Assembly: GCA_965263185.1 (NCBI GenBank)
Contig: OZ253588.1
Coordinates: forward strand, 1,863,369 to 1,927,368
Origin: Dehalococcoidia bacterium
Lineage (GTDB): Bacteria > Chloroflexota > Dehalococcoidia > Lucifugimonadales > UBA2985
Length of the DNA: 64,000 bases
Reading direction: 5' to 3'
The position numbers were made by a program, and so were the translations under genes. Of this stretch, positions 9,132 through 19,057 are shown piece after piece (position 1 is the first letter of the stretch; each line of letters begins with the position of its first letter). The notes beneath the pieces are model-generated. The model was not told where the DNA came from. It saw only the letters and a list, made by a program, of their open reading frames with translations, and searched no databases.

Positions 9132-9785
9132 CTAGTCTCCCAGCAGCCCGTTACGCACGCACCACAGAACCAGCCCCTGCATCGTCCCGACCCCCAACTT
9201 TTGCTGGATGCCGTAGATGGCGTTCCGAGCGGTCACCGGCTTAATCCCCCTCGCCTCCGCGATCCTAGTGTAGGACATACCCTGGGCGAAGGAGACGAGT
9301 ATCTCCCGCTCCCTCGGAGTCAGCCCGACGGCGGCATCTTCCGTCTTCCCGCCGCGGCGTATCGCCTCGAACGCCCTTCTCACAATTTCAGTTGGCAAAT
9401 GAAAATCGCCCAGGACCACGTTTCGGAGGGCTGACAGCAGTTGCTCCCTGTTAGTCTCCTTCTGGAGGAATCCGGTGGCGCCGGCGGCCACGGCCTCCAC
9501 GACGGCGTCCTCCTCCGTAGAGGCCGTTAGCATGAGCACGCGGGTCTCGGGCGCGGACTCCATGATCTCCCTACACGCCTCCACGCCATCCTTCTTCGGC
9601 ATCATCACGTCCATCACCACTACGTCCGGCGACACGTCGGCCGCAACCCTGACCGCCTCCTCGCCATCCGCCGCCTGTCCCACCACCTCGAACTCGCCGG
9701 ACTGGTCCAGGAGCTGCTGCAGTCCGACTCTCACGATTGAATGGTCGTCGACGATCATCACTCTTATGCGCTCGCCTGCTGACAT
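9132..9785 (-). CDS. NarL/LuxR-family response regulator
   Basis: REC domain (IVDDH, VVVMDVMMP) plus LuxR HTH (LTPREREIL). Confidence 0.92.
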   Translation of the reverse strand: MSAGERIRVMIVDDHSIVRVGLQQLLDQSGEFEVVGQAADGEEAVRVAADVSPDVVVMDVMMPKKDGVEACREIMESAPETRVLMLTASTEEDAVVEAVAAGATGFLQKETNREQLLSALRNVVLGDFHLPTEIVRRAFEAIRRGGKTEDAAVGLTPREREILVSFAQGMSYTRIAEARGIKPVTARNAIYGIQQKLGVGTMQGLVLWCVRNGLLGD

Positions 9786-9801
9786 TCCAGACCTCCTCTC
9801 T

Positions 9802-11052
9802 CTATCGTTCCCGCGGTACCACGCAGGTCACGGTTGCGCCGCCCATGGCGCCTCGCTGGTCCACCACGAGGCGCCCGCCCAGCCGTTCGGCGGCCCTGCT
9901 CATGTTCGCGAAGCCGTTACCGCGCTCCGCGTAGTCATCGGGAAGTCCGACGCCGTCGTCCGACACCGACAGGCGACTATCCTCCTCGGCAAACTCCAAG
10001 TCGATGGCAACATTGCTCGCTTCCGCATGGCGGTATGCGTTGGTGAGCGCGTTGTGCGCTATCGAGAATAACAGGCTCCTGGCCTCGACCGATAGCAACG
10101 GCTCGGCGCCGGTGTGAGTCATCTCGACTGGCACCGAGGTCACGTTCGTAAAGCTGGTTGCGTGCGATCTCAGAGCCCAGCTCAGATCCCTACCTTCGTA
10201 GATGCCGCCCACATTTATAGGGTGTCTCAGTTCCCATATGATGGACCGGGACAGCCGGGACGTCGCCTCAAGCGTGGCGGTCAGTTCCGGGTTCGCGTCT
10301 CCGGCATGCGCTTTTGCTGTGTCGATGCCCAACCCTATCATGTAAGCGGACTGGGCAGCGGTATCGTGAATGGCGTGGGACAGCTCGATCCGCTCACGCT
10401 GAAGCGCCTGCTCGCGCTCCACAGCCTGCCTCCACCTGATCCGCTCGAACCTGGTTGCCAGGTTGACCGCCGCAACGACCGCATACATGACGGCTATCCT
10501 GGCCAGCAACGCCTTCTCGTCCCCTGCCTCGATGTCTATTCCATCCCCCACGGTCAGGCTGATTGCCACATAGACGAGGGACACTATAGTCACCCACATT
10601 ATGTTGAGCCTGAAGGAAGTGAACAGCACCGCCAACCCGGCCAGCGCGGGATAGTAGAACAGGTGGTGGAAGGAGTGGCTGAAGCCATCGCTTAACGCCG
10701 CCGCTGCCGAAACAAGGAACACGTCCAACGCGTAGAGAGCCACAGGCCAGCGCCATGTGATCGGCCTGTTGGACAGGAGACGGTAGTGAATGTACCCATT
10801 GAACCCGATCAACACGAGGAGGAGCAGCGGAAATGGGGCATACCTGGCAACCCCGAAATAGAGATAGGGGCGATACACCAGTTCAAATAGCAATACGGCG
10901 ATTACAAACCAGTGCCCTCTGACGGACATGGTTGCCACGTACTTTAGGCCGTCCGGGTCTATCTGGTTGAGCGTCCAGCCGTTCACCCGGAAGGCGTCGG
11001 TTGTCTTCGTGACTAGCTGCAGGACCCTGCTGTAGTGGGACCCGTGAGGCAT
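9802..11052 (-). CDS. Membrane sensor histidine kinase (HisKA_3 type)
   Basis: TM N-terminus, ERIELSHAIHDTAAQ H-box, AHNALTNAYRHA, SVSDDGVG; co-directional with the regulator. Confidence 0.9.
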   Translation of the reverse strand: MPHGSHYSRVLQLVTKTTDAFRVNGWTLNQIDPDGLKYVATMSVRGHWFVIAVLLFELVYRPYLYFGVARYAPFPLLLLVLIGFNGYIHYRLLSNRPITWRWPVALYALDVFLVSAAAALSDGFSHSFHHLFYYPALAGLAVLFTSFRLNIMWVTIVSLVYVAISLTVGDGIDIEAGDEKALLARIAVMYAVVAAVNLATRFERIRWRQAVEREQALQRERIELSHAIHDTAAQSAYMIGLGIDTAKAHAGDANPELTATLEATSRLSRSIIWELRHPINVGGIYEGRDLSWALRSHATSFTNVTSVPVEMTHTGAEPLLSVEARSLLFSIAHNALTNAYRHAEASNVAIDLEFAEEDSRLSVSDDGVGLPDDYAERGNGFANMSRAAERLGGRLVVDQRGAMGGATVTCVVPRER

Positions 11053-11359
11053 CTCGTATCCCTGTTCTAGAATCTATGAGGTGGATAGCTGCGGGCGGGA
11101 GTTCCAAGCACATCCTTCATCAATCTAAACAGTTGGTGCTATGCCCGCAAGTAGCACATGCCCTCGCCAACAGAGCGATAGTACCTCCAAATGACTCTGA
11201 AGCTGTAAATGGTCGGACATTTTCGCTGGCCAGTTAAGGAGGACAGAATCGTTGAACATCAACACCACTCAAAGCAGGGGCATTTGCACATATATCGGAC
11301 AGGGCAACTGCCCCTAATAAATAGGGCATTTGGTAATTGTTTGCGGCAAGGAAATCAGG

Positions 11360-11480
11360 GATCATGTGTCGGTTGCGCTGCTCGCGGTGATCGGAGCGGT
11401 CTGGGCCCTGCCCCAAAGGCAATGGCCGCGCCGGACCGGCCCTCGGGCCTGACAGCAGAATACAGCCACGAAGACAGTTT
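11360..11480 (+). pseudogene. Frameshifted start of a secreted FN3-like protein
   Basis: VALLAVIGAVWALPQ resembles the 14168 signal peptide (ALLAVIGALLVLPQ), then AMAAPDRPSGLTA after a frameshift. Confidence 0.45.
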
Positions 11481-11576
11481 GGAGCAGCTTCAGGAAGCTA
11501 ACCTGACTCCTTTCTTCTCTTCGGTGGATTTGGGATAAGGGAAGAACTAATTTACAAGCACGGAGGGCGAGGCACA

Positions 11577-13019
11577 ATGCGATCACGGCGCCAGTTTGAC
11601 ACGGGAGTTGATACGGGAAGAAAAGACACCGCTTTGATGAGAGCCGAACCGAGGTGGCCGGGACGTTTGCGTCTTCGACTCCTGGCGGCCGTGCTCATCG
11701 CCGCTTTCGCCGCGCTCACGATCTACGCGTATACGGCGAACGTGTCGGTCGTGTCGGCGGCGAGTCCCTGTCCCGCGGTCAACGACTGGTGCACGACGAT
11801 GACGGTGGCAGACGCCGAGGGTGACGGAATATTAAACGGGTATGAATTTGACAAGTTCGGCTCGATCGTCGACGACACGATCCAACCCGGCGGCGCAAAC
11901 ATCAACGTCTGGACCGTGCACACCTTTGCGCACCCGCTCCCGCAACTGCCCGATTACATTTTCTTCGGCTCTAACCCGAGGGTGCCGCGCGGCACGCAGG
12001 TCACCATTGAAGGGCACACGTTCATAGCGGACGCGGAGTCGCATGACGGCGAGGAGGGCGATACGGGCGATAAATGGGAATTTCCCTCTGGCGAGTTGCC
12101 CGCCAGCCTGGTCTGGTCGGCAGGCCAGGAGGTCACGGTAAGCGTGAAGCTTGCCTCCCCGTGCGACAACCTGGACAACCTGGTCAACGCCATCGTCGTC
12201 AAGAACCTGACCGGTGAGATCACCCAAGCGGGAGACACCAACCTCCACAAGATCAGGCTCGACCCCTACAAGAGCTACCTCATCGAGGCCATCGGAGTGG
12301 ACGGCAGCGACATGCTCGGCGTCGAGGAACACCCCAACCTCACCCTGGAGGACCCTGAAATCCCCGCCATCTGGAACGCCAGAGGCAGATCCGAGTTGAT
12401 TACCTACGGTTCCAAGAGTGACGGCAACGCCATCAGGCGCATCTTGCGAACCGACCACCGCACCTACAAGATCGAGGTTTCCTCAGGCAACAACGGCACC
12501 GGCACCTACCAGCTCAAGGTCCGGGTCAACAACATCTGCCGGATCAACGACGACGGCGACGCACAGTACCAGTGGGCCGGCGGCCCGGAGGGCTACCCCC
12601 AGGGCTCCGACCTGCCCGCTGGAATCGGAGGACGTCAGGTCCTGCTGACCGGCACCGACTGGGGGAACAACAACGTGACCCGGCCGGAAATTCACCACGT
12701 CCTGGGAGACAACTGGGACTCCAACCCCGACGAGGACTGGATCGGCGTTGACCTGGAGCAGGGTGAGGAATACACCGTCAGGCTTCGGACCAAGACCAGC
12801 CTGCCGGAGAGGCTGCAAGCCACCCAACTCAAGATCCTGGGCATCAAAGACGCCGACGGGAACGCCATCAGCGGCACCGCCAGCGCGGGAGACGCCGGAA
12901 AGAAGGTCTTCGTCACCAACTGGGAGGCGCCCAGCACCGGCCGTCACTACATCGCCGTGGGGACGGAGGGCACCGACCGGACCGGGATCTACTGGATAAG
13001 CATCACCAGGAAGAACTAG
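11577..13019 (+). CDS. Secreted protein with PPC-like (pre-peptidase C-terminal) domains
   Basis: Signal peptide (possible start 11637); DEDWIGVDLEQGEEYTVRL, TGRHYIAVG..TGIYWISI, YKIEVSSGNNGTGTYQLKV. Confidence 0.72.
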   Translation: MRSRRQFDTGVDTGRKDTALMRAEPRWPGRLRLRLLAAVLIAAFAALTIYAYTANVSVVSAASPCPAVNDWCTTMTVADAEGDGILNGYEFDKFGSIVDDTIQPGGANINVWTVHTFAHPLPQLPDYIFFGSNPRVPRGTQVTIEGHTFIADAESHDGEEGDTGDKWEFPSGELPASLVWSAGQEVTVSVKLASPCDNLDNLVNAIVVKNLTGEITQAGDTNLHKIRLDPYKSYLIEAIGVDGSDMLGVEEHPNLTLEDPEIPAIWNARGRSELITYGSKSDGNAIRRILRTDHRTYKIEVSSGNNGTGTYQLKVRVNNICRINDDGDAQYQWAGGPEGYPQGSDLPAGIGGRQVLLTGTDWGNNNVTRPEIHHVLGDNWDSNPDEDWIGVDLEQGEEYTVRLRTKTSLPERLQATQLKILGIKDADGNAISGTASAGDAGKKVFVTNWEAPSTGRHYIAVGTEGTDRTGIYWISITRKN

Positions 13020-13164
13020 GATTGACGACAACCCGCGACAGCAGCGTCTCCGCCACCTTGGACACGACATCGGCAGTCGCCGTTATGACGGCCCTCATCA
13101 GGGGCATGTCGTCCTCAACTCCAGGGAAGAATCGCGGGACACGCGGACGTATCTCATCTTCGAG

Positions 13165-13437
13165 GTGACCCTGAACCGGGAAGCGAACAAGGAAGTGCGC
13201 GTGGACTACGTCACCGTGGACGGTCCTGCGGTGGCGGGCCGGGACTACGAGCCGAAGTCAGGGACGCTGGTGTTTGGCAGGCGCGATCTTACGAAGACGA
13301 TATGGGTGTCGGTAGAGTTCGACGCGGCGTACGAGGACACCGAGACTATGACGCTGCGGCTGTCGAACCCACGTGGCGGGCAGATCGAGGACGGCACGGC
13401 GACCGGCTCCATTTACGATTACTCGACTAGCAGATAG
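13165..13437 (+). pseudogene. Detached Calx-beta domain
   Basis: FEVTLNRE..EVRVDYVTVDGPAVAGRDYEPKSGTLVFG..DAAYEDTETMTLRLSNP; no signal peptide and out of frame with the upstream gene. Confidence 0.78.
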
Positions 13438-14167
13438 GGATCGCGTACTTGCTGCTGCCGTGCAGCTAAAAGGCAAAAAGGGCAGCATCATGGGTGTGCG
13501 GGAGGGATCGTCGCCCGGCCCGCAACGGAATCTCCCGGTGCATGGGAGTCCTGATGCGTCCTACGGGAGGCCCGGTGCGTCATGCCGAAACAGCGCACAT
13601 ACTACTGACCTTACCCCCTAAAACAGTGGCATTGTCAATGAGAGTGCTCTGAGTAATGTTCTTCCCCCTTCTACTCAACGCAATCCCCCTGCCTGATGGG
13701 GAAAGGCCAGCATCTAATTGTTCTCCCAAACAAACCTCAGCCTGAAGGTTCTTGTTTTGGAATCTGTTTCGGTTACACCGCCAAAGCGAAGGCAATGGTG
13801 AAGGTTCTTGATTTTGTCCAGTTATGTGGGGCTAGAATGTACTGTAATGCGAACGTTGCGGTGGGAGATTTCAATGCAGTGAGCGGGTTGAGCGACCCAC
13901 ATAAGCCTCCACCGGGCTTAAACCTGCCGGGCTGGAGGATCGGCATCCCAAGACCGCGCTGGGCCGTGGCGTGCGTGTAGAAGAAGCGTTCATATTCCAT
14001 TCAGTAGGGCAGATGACTATCTCGTGGCAGAGCCAATGCCCCCTTGGATTGGGCCATTTGGCACTTGCCGTGGGCAAGGACATTTTGGAATCATGTGGTT
14101 ATTCAAGACGAGGGGCGGTCAACCGGAAAGACACCCTGAGCGGTTGATTGACCTATAGGAGTGAACC

Positions 14168-14701
14168 ATGAGAAACATGATTCTGTCGCGCGCCGCCATC
14201 TGGACTGCCGCTGCCCTGCTGGCGGTCATCGGAGCCCTCCTGGTCCTACCTCAGAGCGCGGAAGCCGGGCGCGGGCCGAGCTTAAAGATCAAGTCGGTTC
14301 AAATGAACATCACTCCCACAGCCGACGCCACCTTGGATAATAAGAAGGTGGACATATCCTTCAAGTGGCGTGCGTCGAGAAACGCAACCGGTTACCAGAT
14401 CGATAGACGTGAGCGCATCGGCGACCTGTCGGGGTCTATTAGTTTTGAATCCGAATGGACGGGGTGGAAAGCCAACAGGCAGGAATCAGATACTGCAAGA
14501 AGCACGACCATCAACTATCCTTACAGTTTCGACCAAGTGGGCAAGATGGTGGAATGGAGAGTTCGCGTGAAGGACGCAAACGGCAACTGGAGCCGCTGGT
14601 ACAACATCGGCGTCAGCTGGGGTATCAAGTCGAAGCACTCCACCCACTACGTGATTAAACGGGAATGGTTCTACCCGGAAGATTATCCGGTACTGAACTA
14701 G
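14168..14701 (+). CDS. Secreted beta-rich (FN3-like) protein
   Basis: Signal peptide ending AEA; ISFKWRASRNATGYQIDRR, VEWRVRVKDANGNWSRW; RBS AGGAG. Confidence 0.75.
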   Translation: MRNMILSRAAIWTAAALLAVIGALLVLPQSAEAGRGPSLKIKSVQMNITPTADATLDNKKVDISFKWRASRNATGYQIDRRERIGDLSGSISFESEWTGWKANRQESDTARSTTINYPYSFDQVGKMVEWRVRVKDANGNWSRWYNIGVSWGIKSKHSTHYVIKREWFYPEDYPVLN

Positions 14702-14979
14702 TGTGGTGTATCCGTAGTTCGCTGCATTATTCGGGGGCTTTCTGAATGGACAGAGAACCGGAGTCTTGCACGAACCAGAGTAACGGATCAGCGTCGATCA
14801 CCCCTGTATTTGCCAATGAACTACGGATACACCACACTAGTGTGGTGTATCCGTAGTTCGCCGCATCATTCGGAGGCTTTCCGAAAGGACAGGGAACTGG
14901 ATTCTTGCTCGAACCAGAGTAACCTATCAGCGTCGATTGCCCCTTTATTTACCAATGAACTACGGATACAGGACACTAG
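14698..14979. mobile_element. Tandem dimer of a 135-bp MITE (possibly IS630-like) sharing CTAG sites
   Basis: CTAG at 14698, 14837 and 14976; TIR TGTGGTGTATCCGTAGTTC / GAACTACGGATACACCACA; 139-bp period. Confidence 0.85.
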
Positions 14980-15110
14980 GGCCAAGTGATTGGCGTCAGA
15001 AAAGGCCTGCACACATGGACACGCCGTCGGGCTGAAACACAAAAAGGGCCGCATACATGGTCAGCCTAGGGGAGGACACCGAACCGCGTATCGTAGTGTA
15101 CCGAGTAGGG

Positions 15111-15270
15111 TGTTGGCAACCAGCGAAAATAGGACGCGATAGGGGGCAGGTCAACGGGGACGGATCAGTTCTGACTACAAGTCCAGAACGAACCTCAGCC
15201 TGAAGGTTCTTGATTTTGTCCAGTTAGGTGGAGTTGACCCCACCTCAAACCCCTCGGGTTTCTCTATCCC
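15111..15270 (-). mobile_element. IS3-B shell: right end, recombinase tail and leader
   Basis: IRR TGTTGGCAACCAGC at 15111; tail PPNWTKSRTFRLRFVLDL* at 15175-15231; leader 15232-15270 cut by IS3-A. Confidence 0.65.
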
Positions 15271-16611
15271 TGAGGTGGACCCAGGAAACTGGACAGGTAG
15301 CTAAGTGGGAATCCTGCTCCTAAACTAATGACAGCTAATGCTGTCGAGGAGGAGCGGGAAATGACCAGAGAGCGAAGGAAGCACAGCCCGGCCTTCAAGG
15401 CCAAAGTTGCAGTGGAGGCAATGAAGGGCGAGCGGACGGTGGCGGAACTGGCCGCCCGGTTCGAGGTCCACCCCAACCAGATTCAGACTTGGAAGAAGGC
15501 CCTGGCCGACGGCGCGGCCGCCATCTTCGACCACGGCAACGGGACCAATAAGGGCAAGGAGCAGAAGAACAACGACGCCCTGGTGGCCCGGCTGTACCAG
15601 CAGATCGGCCAGCTCAAGGTGGAGCGGGATTTCTTGGAGGAAAGGTCCGGTCCATGAGCCCAGCAAAGCGGCGTGAGCTGGTGGACCGGCAACATCAGAC
15701 CCTGTCCATAGTGCGGCAGTGTGCGTTGCTGGGGGTCGGTCGCTCCAGCCTCTACTACCGTCCCAAGGAGACCTCGCAGCAGGGCCTGTCCCTGATGAGG
15801 GAGATGGACCGCCAGTACCTGGAAACCCCTTTCTACGGATCCAGGCGGATGAGGGCATCGCTGGAGCGGCAAGGCATGCCGGTAAGCCGGAAACGGGTAC
15901 AGCGGCTCATGAGGGTGATGGGGCTGCGAGCTATCTACCGGCAGCCTCGCACCAGCCAACCGGCGCCGGAACGCCGGGTCTATCCCTACCTGCTGAGGGA
16001 CCTGACGATCACCCGGCCCAACCAGGTATGGGCGGCCGACATCACCTACTTGCCCATGGCCCGGGGATTCCTCTACTTGGTCGTGATCATGGACTGGCAC
16101 AGCCGGTACGTGGTGACCTGGTGATTGTCCAACACTCTGGAGACCGCCTTTTGTGCCGAGGCGTTGAGCGACGCCCTGAACCATGGAACGCCCAATGTAA
16201 TGAACACGGACCAGGGAAGCCAGTTCACCAGCCGCGAGTTCACGCAGATACTCCAGGATCACTCAGTGAGGATCAGCATGGACGGCAGGGGCAGGTACCA
16301 GGACAACATTTTCGTCGAGCGGCTATGGCGGACGGTGAAATACGAGGAGGTCTACCTTAAGGCCTACGTCAACGCCGGTGAAGCCCGGAGGGAGTTGGGA
16401 GCCTACTTCCAGTTCTACAACCACCGGAGGCCGCATCAGGCGCTGGGCTACCGGACGCCGGCGGAGGTCTTCTACGGGGAGACTGTTGAAGAGGATGAGG
16501 AACTGAAGGAAAGGAGGCGCTCGGACCAACGGGTTTCGGTATCACACGGAGAAGTGCAGGAGTCCCACTTAATTGTGGCTTGATCCTGTCCAACCGATGG
16601 GGTCCACCTCA
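15271..16611 (+). mobile_element. IS3-family element IS3-A (orfA to 15657; orfB 15654-16583 with nonsense TGA at 16122)
   Basis: IRs TGAGGTGGACCC..GGACAGG at both ends; HTH orfA (RKHSPAFKAKVA); DDE orfB (WAADITY, NTDQGSQF, ERLWRTVKYE). Confidence 0.9.
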
Positions 16612-17277
16612 AAGAGCCATCTATCGGAGGCCCAGGACCAGCAAGCCTGGCTTGGGGCACAGGGTTTACCCATACTTGCTGCGAAGCATGAGAATCACCA
16701 GGCCCAACCAGGTGTGGGCGGCAGATATAACCTACGTGCCCATGGCCAGAGGTTTCATGTACCTGGTAGCCATCATGGACTGGCACAGTCGGTGCGTGCT
16801 CGCCTGGCGTCTTTCCAATACACTGGACGTAGATTTCTGTGTCAAGGCTCTGGAGGAGGCTCTTGAGAAGGGCGAACCTGAGATATTCAACACAGACCAG
16901 GGGAGCCAATTCACGAGTGAAGCCTTCACTGGGCTTTTGAAACAGCGAGGTATCCAGATCAGCATGGATGGGAAGGGGAGCTATAGAGACAACCTCTTTG
17001 TGGAGAGGCTATGGCGGAGTGTCAAGTACGAGGAGGTGTATCTGAAGGCATACGCAGACGGCAGGGATGCCAGGGTCGGTATAGGCGAGTATCTCAGTTT
17101 CTACAACACCCAGAGACCTCACCAGGCCTTGGGCTACCGAACCCCGGGGGAGGTATTCATATCTGGAAGTGGAGGAAACGTGGTAACATCACCGATGACA
17201 TCAACACAGGGGTCTAAAAGGGCAGTCCACGATCTTATATTGGCCTCTAACCTGTCCAGCTAATGGGGTCCACCTCA
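16612..17277 (+). mobile_element. 3' half of a second IS3-A-type element
   Basis: orfB remainder (WAADITYVPMARGF..) to 17263, then IRR ending GGTCCACCTCA at 17277. Confidence 0.85.
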
Positions 17278-18449
17278 GCGGAGTCGCGGGGCGCGCCTTC
17301 CCTCTCCAGCCTGTTGGCGTCAACGACTGACTCAGTGTGATCGACGGTCTCGGCAGTGTGCAGTTGAGGCCCTGCAAGGAATTGGTCTTGCCCCATTCTC
17401 AGAACAGCGCATGACCCGTACAAGGCCGCTGCGCCACCGCTGCCCCCTCGACCATAAGAGAACTACTACTCATCCGTCTCCCTTCGCCTCTACCCCAGTC
17501 CATGAGCCAGCCGCAGGCATCGCGATGGTCCTGGACGGGGGCATACGTCCCCATCGGCGGCTGGATTGTAGCGGGAGGATGGCCCTCCAGAGGCCAGGGC
17601 TACCCCGGCATGGCGGCCAACGGCGGCGACTGGAAGCAGCCCTGGCGCCACGGCCGCGTGGGTCAACAGCCCCGGAAGGAGTGGCTGGGAGTAATCATTC
17701 CATGTGGGTGTACGCCGGAAACAGGGACGGGATGCCCCGCTGAGTGGAGCGCAAGATCGAGATGTATGCTCAGCGCCGGCAGGCCGACACGGAGATGAGA
17801 CGCGACTTGGGCCACCCAGGTGAGGTCGTCTCTCAAGTCGTGAATGCGCAGCGCAGCGGCCAATGGCGGCGGTTGTGAAGCGCTAAAAGGGATCAACGAC
17901 GATTAGGGCGCTGCCAGATCCATCGGAGGTCCTGGACGGCGAGGCGCTAAAAGGCAAACTTGATAGCGAGCCTATTGACGGGCTGCCCTGGCCACTGGCC
18001 TATATGAGGGTCCCCCCTCTTGGCATACTGAGCTGACTCTGGCGGGTCAACTAAAAGGGTCACGGTCGCTTACCTCCTTACCCCCCATTAGAACATCTGG
18101 ATTTTTCCCCCTGATTATAAACTCTCTTATATTATATCTGCGCGCGAGATGCTTTAACTCTCACACACACACACAGTTTGACCCTAACCCAGGCGTCTTC
18201 TCCCTCCACCACCGTCTTGGACAATCACTATCTCAGGGAGCTTATAAGCAGTAGGCTTATCCTCAGCGCGGCGAGAGGCGCGACGCCTCTGTCCAGTCTT
18301 GCGCTCCTGTTGGGCCTTGGCCTGCTGTTCAAGAATCTTCTACCAGCGCGCGTCTAAGTCCTCGGAGGGCGCGCCACTTTCACTCATACTCACACGCAAC
18401 CCGCAACCCGCTACTCTCTCACACACGCGCCGCTCACACTCAGGCACAT
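17278..18449 (-). repeat. Module copy Z: small ORF (18184-18449, internal stop), (TG)7, AT-rich tract and core
   Basis: Reverse-complement homologue of 54870-56121. Confidence 0.85.
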
Positions 18450-18489
18450 GAGACCCGCCACTCTCATGAAGACCTCGAAGTGGTCCAGA

Positions 18490-18757
18490 CCAGTGCCCTC
18501 CGACCTGGAGGCGGCCATGGTGGCCTTCGCCAGCTCCTACAACTACCGGCGCTATCACAAGGCTCTGGGAAATGGACGCCCTCGGACGTGCTCAGGGGAA
18601 AGCGCCAGGAGATCCTACGCCGCAGGAAGGAGGTGCAAGCCCAACCGATCGAACGACGGAGACCGCACAACAGGGCCGTCAGTGAGCTTACGAGACCTCA
18701 ATCCGATCCCCTGATCTCTCGGGTCTCCAGGTGTGCCACTTTTGCTGGGTGCCAACA
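18490..18757 (+). mobile_element. 3' remnant of IS3-B with right IR
   Basis: PSDLEAAMVAFASSYNYRRYHKALGN matches the 51720 region; IRR ...GCTGGGTGCCAACA. Confidence 0.8.
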
Positions 18758-18900
18758 CTTCTGGACCACTACAATTCGGAAAGGTCAGGTGAAGGCTCTA
18801 ATTGCCCCCGGGTGTCGAGTCGGATTCAACAGCGATAGCAGATGGTATGGATGCTCCGGTGTGCTTCGTTGGGCCTAATGAGCGGTTCGAGTCTCGTTAG
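18758..18900. repeat. ~140-bp dispersed element, copy 2
   Basis: Homologous to 4668-4812; starts exactly at the IS3-B right end. Confidence 0.8.
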
Positions 18901-18929
18901 GTTCTACTAGCCACTGATACTAAATTCGA

Positions 18930-19012
18930 GGTATGGTCACTCACCAAGACTCCAACCGACCTCTTATCTCTCGGGTCTCAGATCTGATGCTCATTATTGA
19001 TGACAACCTACA
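18930..19012 (-). mobile_element. Degenerate orphan IS3-B left end
   Basis: Reverse strand TGTAGGTTGTCATCAATAATGAG..CCCGAGAGA..GAGGT. Confidence 0.65.
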
Positions 19013-19057
19013 GACCCCGTTTTCCCACAGAGCCGTACGCCGAGGCGCAAGCAGCCA

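Noticed and set aside
14698-14979. Tandem repeat as a mini-CRISPR
   Set aside because: The units have terminal inverted repeats and homologous interiors, which is MITE architecture.
16122-16124. In-frame TGA in IS3-A orfB as selenocysteine or readthrough
   Set aside because: The paralogue at ~16805 has CGT (Arg) at this position; a single transition from CGA explains it.
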